Shown here: positions 9,864 through 17,030 of the stretch, piece by piece
Numbering within the stretch: the stretch's first letter is position 1
Layout of the letters: each line of letters opens with the position of its first letter
From: an uncultured Aquificales bacterium
GTDB taxonomy: Bacteria; Thermosulfidibacterota; Thermosulfidibacteria; Thermosulfidibacterales; Thermosulfidibacteraceae
Assembly: GCA_964453345.1 (NCBI GenBank)
Contig: CAYVOC010000026.1
Span: 1 to 19,261, forward strand
Direction: 5' to 3'
Length of the DNA stretch: 19,261 nt
The notes under the pieces: generated by a model
Databases searched by the model: none
What the model saw: the letters and a program-made list of their open reading frames with translations, nothing else
What the model was told of the DNA's origin: nothing
Program-made: the position numbers and the translations under genes

Positions 9864-10909
9864 AGAAGCTCGATCTTGAGAAGATAGGGATAGAGGCCGA
9901 TGAGCGGGAGAGGTCCGGAACATACATGCAGGTGGACAGGCAGATACTGCGCTGCACGGTTAAGCAGGAGGGGGTTGAGATATACTCCATAAGGGAGGCT
10001 CTTGAGAGGTTTGATTGGGCGAAGGATTATCTGTGGGGGGTTCTTGAAGAGGATCCTTCCTTGGGAGAGTTTTCAAACGGATATTTCATAAGGGTGAAGA
10101 GGGGCACCGTTCCCCTTTTCCCCGTTCAGACTTGTCTTCTCATAGACAGGGAGGAGGAGCAGCACGTTCACAACATCATCGTGGTTGAGGAGGGGGCGGA
10201 ACTCAGGGTTATAACGGGCTGCTCCTCGGCTTCCGGCAGGGGCAGGCACATAGGCATCAGCGAGTTTTACGTAAAGAAGGGGGCTAAGCTTCACTACACC
10301 ATGATCCACATGTGGGGTTCTGAGGTTGAGGTCCTCCCGAAAACGGCGGTTGCTGTTGAGGAAGGGGGAGTCTATGTGAGCGATTATATCTGCCTGCATC
10401 CTGCCGCCAACATAAGGGCTTTCCCGACCGTCTTCCTTAAAGGGAAGGATTCGGTTGCAAGGCTGCAGAGCGTGGTTGTAAGCACAAAGGGGTCCTACAT
10501 GGATCTGGGAAGCCGTGTCTATTTGAAGGCGGAGGGGACAAAGGCCGAGGTTGTTTCAAGGGCCGTCTCCTTTGGAGGAACCCTCATAGCCCGGGGCCAT
10601 CTCATCGGCGAGTATCCGGGGGTGAAGGCGCACCTTGAGTGCAAGGGGCTGCTTCTCGCGAACGATGGGGTTATTCACGCTATCCCGGAGCTTGAGGGAA
10701 GGGCGAAGGATCTTGAGATGTCCCATGAGGCCGCCGTGGGGAAAATCGCCAAGGAGGAGATAGAGTATCTTATGGCCAGGGGACTTACCGAGGACGAGGC
10801 GACTGCCACCATTGTTAGGGGTTTTTTGAATGTGGATATACTGGGCATCCCCGATAGTTTGAAAAAGGAGCTGGACAATATTATAAGGATGAGCGATTCT
10901 GCGGCATAG
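9854..10909 (+). CDS. sufB: SufB/SufD-family Fe-S scaffold (SmsB type)
   Basis: Beta-helix-like repeats, [23 protein letters not shown] and [33 protein letters not shown]. 351 aa, shorter than full SufB. Overlaps the sufC-like gene by 10 nt. Confidence 0.88.
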   Translation: MSVEKLDLEKIGIEADERERSGTYMQVDRQILRCTVKQEGVEIYSIREALERFDWAKDYLWGVLEEDPSLGEFSNGYFIRVKRGTVPLFPVQTCLLIDREEEQHVHNIIVVEEGAELRVITGCSSASGRGRHIGISEFYVKKGAKLHYTMIHMWGSEVEVLPKTAVAVEEGGVYVSDYICLHPAANIRAFPTVFLKGKDSVARLQSVVVSTKGSYMDLGSRVYLKAEGTKAEVVSRAVSFGGTLIARGHLIGEYPGVKAHLECKGLLLANDGVIHAIPELEGRAKDLEMSHEAAVGKIAKEEIEYLMARGLTEDEATATIVRGFLNVDILGIPDSLKKELDNIIRMSDSAA

Positions 10910-10938
10910 GTTTCAAAATCTCTTTCTGGAGGGGATCC

Positions 10939-12870
10939 TTGGACAAGGGTAGATTTTGGTATGAAAGCCTGCCTGATTCTGAACTTGAAAGGTTGAAAGA
11001 GCTTTCCCGCATATGCACAGGCGACATCCTCAAGATGACCAACATAGCCGGTTCCGGCCATCCCGGAGGCTCCATTTCATCCCTTGACATCTACCTTGTG
11101 GTCTTTTCCTACGCCAGAATTTTTCCCGATGATCCCTATAGAGAAGACAGGGACAGGATCGTTGTCAGCCACGGTCACACATCCCCTGCCGTTTACGCCG
11201 TTCTGGGGAGGCTTGGCTTCTTTGATGTGGATGAGGCTATAGCCACCTTCCGCAAGGCCGGAAGCATCTTTGAGGGGCACGTTGAGAGGGCCATACCCGG
11301 TGTTGAGTGGTCAACGGGCAATCTGGGACAGGGGCTGAGCGCGGGAGCGGGTTTTGCACTTGCTGCAAGAATCAGGGGACTCGATTATCATACCTTTGTC
11401 CTTATGTCCGATGCGGAGCAGGTCAAGGGACAGGTTTCCGAGGCGAGAAAGTTCATCAAAAAGTTCGGGCTGAACAACATAACTGTGGTGATAGATTTCA
11501 ACAACAAGCAGATAAGCGGCAACTTCATGGACGTCATGCCCATGGATATAAAGGCCAACTACGAGGCCGATGGGTGGAAGGTTGTGGAGGTGGACGGGCA
11601 CAACCATGCTGAGCTGTATCTGGCCATAAAGGGAGCCGTTGAGGATTCGTCCGCCCCCTATGCGATTATAGCCAACACCGTTATGGGCAAGGGTGTATCC
11701 TTCATGGAGAACGATGAGCAGTATCACGGAAGGGCTCTTAAGGAGGACGAGATCAAAAGGGCCCTTGAGGAGCTGCACATAGAGAACGATCGCAACCATT
11801 ACCGCAGGCTTAGGGACAGCGTTGGTATAAAGGCAAAGGAGAGCAGCTGTCGCAGATATCCCATTGAGCTTGATGTTGGGGAGCCTATTACCTACAGGCC
11901 GGGCGACAAGGTGGATAACAGAGCCGCCTTTGGGAAGGCGCTGCTCGATCTGGGCAAAAGAAACTGCGGTGTGGAAGGAAGAACACCCATAATCGTCTTT
12001 GACTGCGATCTTATGGACTCTGTCAGAACCGGATGGTTCGCAAGGGAGCTGCCCGATTACTTCTTTGAGATGGGGGTTCAGGAGCACAACACCGCCGTTG
12101 TTGCAGGTGCTGCCTCCGTCTGCGGCGTCATAAGTGTCTTTGCGGACTTTGGAGTCTTTGGAATTGACGAGACCTACAATCAGCACAGGCTGAACGATAT
12201 AAATTGCACAAACCTCAAGCTGATCTTGACCCATCTCGGCCTGGATGTGGGACAGGATGGAAAGACTCATCACTGCATAGATTACATTGGGCTTATAAGA
12301 AATCTTTTCGGATACAAGCTTATCATCCCCGCCGATGCCAACCAGATGGACAGGGTGATAAGATATGTGATGTCTGTATATGGGAACTACGCTGTGGGAA
12401 TGGGCAGGGAATCTCAGCCCATAATCACCGACGATAAAGGAGAGCCCCTTTTCGGTGGCGACTACACCTTTGAGTATGGCAGGATGGATGTGGTCAGGGA
12501 AGGCGATGATGTTACAGTCCTCTCCTACGGCAATATGCTCCACAGGGCACTCAAAGCGGCTGATATTCTTTCCGGAGAGGGTGTGAAGGTAAGGGTTGTG
12601 AACGTTCCCTGTGTCCTTGATCCGGATATTGAGATGATAGGAGAGTGGGGTAAGGAAGGTCCGATTGTGGTCTATGAGGATCACCATGTGGGTTCCGGGC
12701 TTGGTTCCATAGTTGCCGATGGTCTCATGGAGAAGGGGATCTTCGTCAGGCTTGTGAAGATGGGCGTGAAAAGATACGCACCCTCCGGAATCCCCGAAAA
12801 TCTTTACGAGGTTGAAGGCCTTTCCGTGGGACACTTGGTTGAGACCATAAGGAGGGAGCTTAAGGGATGA
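10939..12870 (+). CDS. tkt: Transketolase (single-chain, ThDP-dependent)
   Basis: [30 protein letters not shown], variant ThDP motif SDAEQVKG...DFNN, TVMGKG..YHG, EMGVQEH, GQDGKTH, YEDH. TTG start with GGAGGGG RBS at 10928-10934. Confidence 0.88.
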   Translation: MDKGRFWYESLPDSELERLKELSRICTGDILKMTNIAGSGHPGGSISSLDIYLVVFSYARIFPDDPYREDRDRIVVSHGHTSPAVYAVLGRLGFFDVDEAIATFRKAGSIFEGHVERAIPGVEWSTGNLGQGLSAGAGFALAARIRGLDYHTFVLMSDAEQVKGQVSEARKFIKKFGLNNITVVIDFNNKQISGNFMDVMPMDIKANYEADGWKVVEVDGHNHAELYLAIKGAVEDSSAPYAIIANTVMGKGVSFMENDEQYHGRALKEDEIKRALEELHIENDRNHYRRLRDSVGIKAKESSCRRYPIELDVGEPITYRPGDKVDNRAAFGKALLDLGKRNCGVEGRTPIIVFDCDLMDSVRTGWFARELPDYFFEMGVQEHNTAVVAGAASVCGVISVFADFGVFGIDETYNQHRLNDINCTNLKLILTHLGLDVGQDGKTHHCIDYIGLIRNLFGYKLIIPADANQMDRVIRYVMSVYGNYAVGMGRESQPIITDDKGEPLFGGDYTFEYGRMDVVREGDDVTVLSYGNMLHRALKAADILSGEGVKVRVVNVPCVLDPDIEMIGEWGKEGPIVVYEDHHVGSGLGSIVADGLMEKGIFVRLVKMGVKRYAPSGIPENLYEVEGLSVGHLVETIRRELKG

Positions 12871-14204
12871 AAATAGCGGTTATAGGGGGAATAGCCGGCG
12901 GCACATCGGCTGCAGCCAAGGCGAGAAGAACAAACAGAAATGCTGAAATAACCATTTTTGAGGCGTCGAATTATGTCTCCGTGGGTGCCTGTGGTATGCC
13001 CTATGCGCTGGCCGGCGTTATAGAGGATCCCATGAACTTGGTGGTCAGAAGGCCTGAGGACTTTGAGCGCTCCGGGATAAGGGTGAAGCTTGGCTACAGG
13101 GTGGTTGAGGTGGACCTTGATAAGGGAGAGCTTGTTGCCGAATCCTCGGATGGGAAGAGGGAAAAACACCCCTTTGATAGACTCGTTTACGCCACCGGGG
13201 CGAGGCCGAGGAGGCTTGATGTTCCCGGTGGGGATCTCAAGGGTGTCTTTTACTTGAAGACTCTGAAGGATCTTCTGGAGATAGAGGCCTTCATAAAGGA
13301 GACAGAAGCCAAAAGAGCGGTGGTTGTGGGCGGCGGTTTCATAGGACTTGAGGTGGTAAACGCCTTTGTGAAGAGGGGATTTGAGGTTGCAAGTGTCTAT
13401 ACCGGAACCCATCCGCCTTCCCGGTTTGACGAGGAGATGGTGAGTGAGATCCCTCAGATAATGGACAGGGAAGGGGTCAAAAGATTCTGGGGAGTCAGCG
13501 TGGAGGAGTTTGTGGGGAATGGCAGGGTAAGGGAGGTGAGGCTCTCCTCGGGGGAGAAGATAGAAACGGATCTGGTTCTCGTGAGCATCGGAGTTGTCCC
13601 CAACACCGAGCTTGCAAGGGATATGGGGCTTGAACTTTCGGTTGCCAACACCGTTAAGGTGGACGAGTTTATGAGGACCTCAGCTGAGAATGTTTACGCT
13701 GCAGGGGACTGCACCCATTGCTACAGCGCTGTTGATGGGGAGCCCATCTATCTTCCTTTGGGCAGCATAGCCAACAGGCACGGGAGGGTTGCCGGCACCA
13801 ATGTGGCCGGTGGCAGGGCCGTGATGCCGAAGGTTGCCGGGACCTCCATCTTCAAGTTCTTTGAGCTTGGAATTGCCAGAACTGGCTATGCGGAGAAGGA
13901 GCTGAAGGCCAAGGGTATGGAATACAAGAGCGTTCTTATAAAGGCCAAGGATACCGCCCATTACTACCCAGGTTCCGGAACCATAAAGGTAAAGTTGATG
14001 TGGGATCCGTCCACGGGAAGGGTGCTCGGTGGAGAGATAGTCGGACCCTACACAGGCGTGAAGCGCATAGATGTTCTTGCGGTTCTTGTCGCTACAGGTG
14101 GCACGGTGGAGGATCTCAAGAACACCGATCTTGCCTACTCGCCTCCCTTCTCTCCCGTGTGGGATCCTTTAAGCATTGCGGCCAATCAGGCTGTTAAGGA
14201 CTGA
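12867..14204 (+). CDS. FAD-dependent CoA-disulfide/CoA-persulfide reductase (NADH oxidase/Cdr family)
   Basis: FAD motif IGGIAGG, single redox Cys42 in [13 protein letters not shown], second Rossmann [16 protein letters not shown]-terminal [14 protein letters not shown]; no rhodanese tail. Confidence 0.88.
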   Translation: MKIAVIGGIAGGTSAAAKARRTNRNAEITIFEASNYVSVGACGMPYALAGVIEDPMNLVVRRPEDFERSGIRVKLGYRVVEVDLDKGELVAESSDGKREKHPFDRLVYATGARPRRLDVPGGDLKGVFYLKTLKDLLEIEAFIKETEAKRAVVVGGGFIGLEVVNAFVKRGFEVASVYTGTHPPSRFDEEMVSEIPQIMDREGVKRFWGVSVEEFVGNGRVREVRLSSGEKIETDLVLVSIGVVPNTELARDMGLELSVANTVKVDEFMRTSAENVYAAGDCTHCYSAVDGEPIYLPLGSIANRHGRVAGTNVAGGRAVMPKVAGTSIFKFFELGIARTGYAEKELKAKGMEYKSVLIKAKDTAHYYPGSGTIKVKLMWDPSTGRVLGGEIVGPYTGVKRIDVLAVLVATGGTVEDLKNTDLAYSPPFSPVWDPLSIAANQAVKD

Positions 14205-14206
14205 GG

Positions 14207-14992
14207 ATGGCGGAAATTCACCCCACGGCTTTAGTCTCCCCCGATGCGGTTCTGGGAGAGGGGGTTAGAATTGGCCCCTATGCCGTTGTGCACGGTGGGG
14301 CGGTCATCGGTGATGGAACGGTTATTGACGCCCATGCCGTTATCTACGGGTGCGTGAGATTGGGCAGAAACAATTATGTGGGTTGCGGGGCCGTTCTGGG
14401 TGGGGAGCCCCAGGATCTCTCCTTCAAGGGGCAGGAGACCTGGGTTGAGATAGGGGATGGAAACACCATAAGGGAGTATGTGACCATACACAGAGCTACT
14501 CAAGAGGGCGGATCCACAAGGGTTGGCAGCAACTGCTTCATAATGGCCTACTCCCACATAGCCCACGACTGCGTGATAGGGGACAATGTCATAATCACCA
14601 ACTACGCCGGTATCTCGGGCTTTGTTGAGATAGAGGACCGGGCCGTTATTTCCGGGCATGTGGGTATCCATCAGTTCGTCAGGATAGGGAGATTGGCCTT
14701 CGTTTCCGGAGGCTCTTTCCCGGGGCAGGATATACCGCCCTACTGCATGGCTGCGGGGAGACCCGCCAAGATCGTGGGACTGAACGTTGTGGGCATGAGG
14801 AGGGCGGGAATTCCCGCTGAGGTGAGGAACCAGATAAAGAGGGCCTTTGATATATACTTCAGAAGGGGCCTCAACAGATCCCACGCTTTGGAGATTATAG
14901 AGAGGGAGCTGGATGCTCCGGAGGTAAAGATCTTTGTTGAGTTTGTGAAAAGATCAAGAAGGGGGGTGGCCGCCTTTGCAAAGCAGGGTTAG
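14207..14992 (+). CDS. lpxA: Acyl-ACP--UDP-N-acetylglucosamine acyltransferase
   Basis: Hexapeptide repeats (IHPTALVS...), [17 protein letters not shown], catalytic HIAH120[23 protein letters not shown] and a helical C-terminus ending SRRG. Confidence 0.93.
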   Translation: MAEIHPTALVSPDAVLGEGVRIGPYAVVHGGAVIGDGTVIDAHAVIYGCVRLGRNNYVGCGAVLGGEPQDLSFKGQETWVEIGDGNTIREYVTIHRATQEGGSTRVGSNCFIMAYSHIAHDCVIGDNVIITNYAGISGFVEIEDRAVISGHVGIHQFVRIGRLAFVSGGSFPGQDIPPYCMAAGRPAKIVGLNVVGMRRAGIPAEVRNQIKRAFDIYFRRGLNRSHALEIIERELDAPEVKIFVEFVKRSRRGVAAFAKQG

Positions 14993-15950
14993 AGCCGGGG
15001 TCATAGGCGTGGGCAGAATGGGCGAGTATCACTGCGGCGCCTACACGGAGATACACTACGTTGATCTTGTGGGTGTTGCGGATGTGGATGAGAAAAGGCT
15101 GAAGGTTATTTCCGAGCGCTATGAGGTTCCGGGATACACGGACTACAGGGATCTTCTTGACAAGGTTGATGTGGTGAGCGTGGCGGTTCCCACGGGGTTG
15201 CACTACCAGGTGGCGGTTGAGTGCATGAAGAGGGGGGTTCACGTCTTAGTGGAGAAGCCCATAGCCTACAGCCTTGAAGAGGCCCGCAGGATGTTTGAGG
15301 TGGCCGAAGAAAACGGCGTTGTGCTGTGTGTGGGGCATGTGGAGAGGTTCAACGGCGCCGTTCAGGAGCTGATGAACATAGTCCAGGAGCCCCTTCTCAT
15401 AGAATCGAGAAGGCTCGGTCCCTTTGCTTCCAGGGTTGCCAAGGACAGCGTTGTTCTTGATCTGATGATACACGACATAGACATAGTGTTGAGACTGGCG
15501 AGATCCGAGGTTGTGGATATAGATGCCGTGGGGCTTTCCTACTACACCGATCGCTGTGATGTTGCAAATGTTCAAATGCGCTTTGAAAGCGGATGCGTGG
15601 CAACTCTGACTGCGAGCAGAGTCACCCAGCACAAGATAAGGACCATGGCGGTGTCGGAAAAGGACTTCTACGTCTTCCTTAACTTTACCGAGCAGGACCT
15701 GCACATCCATCGTCAGGCCTATTCCGAGGCTGTTAGGTTGAAGGATCAGCTACGATACAAGCAAAGCTCCATAATAGAACAGGTCTTTGTCCACAAGGGC
15801 AATCCCCTGAAGCTTGAGCTTATGCATTTCATTGATCTTGCCCTTGGCAATTCAAAGAGGATGGTGAGCGTTGAGGATGAACTGAAGTCTCTCAAGGTTG
15901 CCCTCCAGATAGAAGAGATCTTGAAGAACAAGGGAATAATAAAGTCCTGA
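14976..15950 (+). CDS. Gfo/Idh/MocA oxidoreductase, probable UDP-GlcNAc 3-dehydrogenase (GnnA-like)
   Basis: [47 protein letters not shown]; overlaps lpxA, as in known lpxA-gnnA arrangements; TTG start. Confidence 0.8.
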   Translation: MQSRVRAGVIGVGRMGEYHCGAYTEIHYVDLVGVADVDEKRLKVISERYEVPGYTDYRDLLDKVDVVSVAVPTGLHYQVAVECMKRGVHVLVEKPIAYSLEEARRMFEVAEENGVVLCVGHVERFNGAVQELMNIVQEPLLIESRRLGPFASRVAKDSVVLDLMIHDIDIVLRLARSEVVDIDAVGLSYYTDRCDVANVQMRFESGCVATLTASRVTQHKIRTMAVSEKDFYVFLNFTEQDLHIHRQAYSEAVRLKDQLRYKQSSIIEQVFVHKGNPLKLELMHFIDLALGNSKRMVSVEDELKSLKVALQIEEILKNKGIIKS

Positions 15951-15952
15951 GG

Positions 15953-16942
15953 ATGTCTGACAGGCTGGTCTTTGTGGCCATCAGCGGTGGAGTGGATTCT
16001 GCTCATGCTGCCTATCTTTTGCAGGAGCAGGGGTATAGGGTCTTTGGCGTCTTTATGGATCTGGGCCTTGGTTATGAAGAGCTGGACAGAGCCAAGTATG
16101 TGGCCTTCAGTCTCGGCATACCCCTTCAGGTAGTCAGACTGAAGGAGGAGTTTGAATCCCTTGTGGTGGATTACTTCGTTTCTGAATATCTGTCGGGAAG
16201 AACGCCCAATCCATGTGCCGTCTGCAATAAAAGGGTGAAGTTTGGCCTTCTTAAAAGAAAAGTGGAGGAGATGGGAGGCGAGCTTTTCGCTACCGGACAT
16301 TACGCCTGCCTCGTGGATGGGACTCTTCACAGGGGCAGGGATAGAACAAAGGATCAGAGCTACTTTCTCTGTCTGGTCGAGCGGGAGCGCTTTTCAAATG
16401 TTCTTTTCCCGCTATGCGGTTTTTTCAAAAGGGACCTGAACCTTGTTGATCTTCCGTGGGGAAGGGCCGAAAGCCAGGAGATATGCTTTTTGAAGGGGAA
16501 AAGCTACAGGGAGTTTTTGCTTGAGAGGGTGGGGGAGAGACCGGGTAGATTTGTGGACACCTCGGGTAGAATTTTAGGGGAGCATAAGGGATACTTTTTG
16601 TTCACCATAGGGCAGAGGAGGGGATTGGGGATAGCCCTGGGCAAGCCCCTTTATGTTGTTGATATAGTTCCGGATGAGAACCTTGTGGTTCTTGGAGACG
16701 AAGGGGATCTCTACCGCAAAAGAATGAGGGTGGAATCCATGAACCTGTATGTGAGCATGGATGCTCCCCAGAGGGTTAAGGCCAAGATAAGAAACAAGCA
16801 TGAGCCTGCCTGTGCCACTTTATACCCCGATGGTCTGGTTGAGTTTGACGAACCCCAGAGGGCCATAACCCCGGGACAGATAGCGTGCTTTTATCAGGAT
16901 GATGCTGTCCTTGCCGGGGCTGTTATAAGTTCGGTTTCTTAA
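15953..16942 (+). CDS. mnmA: tRNA 2-thiouridine(34) synthase
   Basis: PP-loop SGGVDS, TPNPCAVCN..VKF, ATGHYA, KDQSYFL, SQEICF, TIGQRRGLG, AITPGQ. Confidence 0.96.
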   Translation: MSDRLVFVAISGGVDSAHAAYLLQEQGYRVFGVFMDLGLGYEELDRAKYVAFSLGIPLQVVRLKEEFESLVVDYFVSEYLSGRTPNPCAVCNKRVKFGLLKRKVEEMGGELFATGHYACLVDGTLHRGRDRTKDQSYFLCLVERERFSNVLFPLCGFFKRDLNLVDLPWGRAESQEICFLKGKSYREFLLERVGERPGRFVDTSGRILGEHKGYFLFTIGQRRGLGIALGKPLYVVDIVPDENLVVLGDEGDLYRKRMRVESMNLYVSMDAPQRVKAKIRNKHEPACATLYPDGLVEFDEPQRAITPGQIACFYQDDAVLAGAVISSVS

Positions 16943-16963
16943 TTTTCAAAATCGGAAAAATTC

Positions 16964-17030
16964 TTGACAATTTGCGAGATATTTAATAAGTAAGCTTAGG
17001 AAAATTCTCACAAATATTAAGGAGGAGACC
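16964..17030 (+). promoter_or_regulatory. Putative icd promoter and strong RBS
   Basis: TTGACA at 16964-16969; AT-rich imperfect -10 around 16984-16992; RBS TAAGGAGG at 17018-17025, 5 nt before ATG 17031. Confidence 0.6.

Noticed and set aside
11311..12834. 507-aa minus-strand ORF
   Set aside because: Antisense shadow of the transketolase gene; His/Leu-rich composition is typical of reverse-complemented biased codons.
10939..12870. dxs assignment
   Set aside because: The N-terminal motifs ([25 protein letters not shown]) are transketolase-type, not the DXS DVGHQ/GHSSTS type.
14202..15952. Selenocysteine or readthrough at TGA stops followed closely by the next gene
   Set aside because: The upstream proteins are complete at these stops, the downstream genes are in a different frame, and no SECIS-like hairpin was noticed.
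16941..16963. Possible terminator after mnmA
   Set aside because: Only a weak AT-rich imperfect stem, with no GC hairpin or U-tract.
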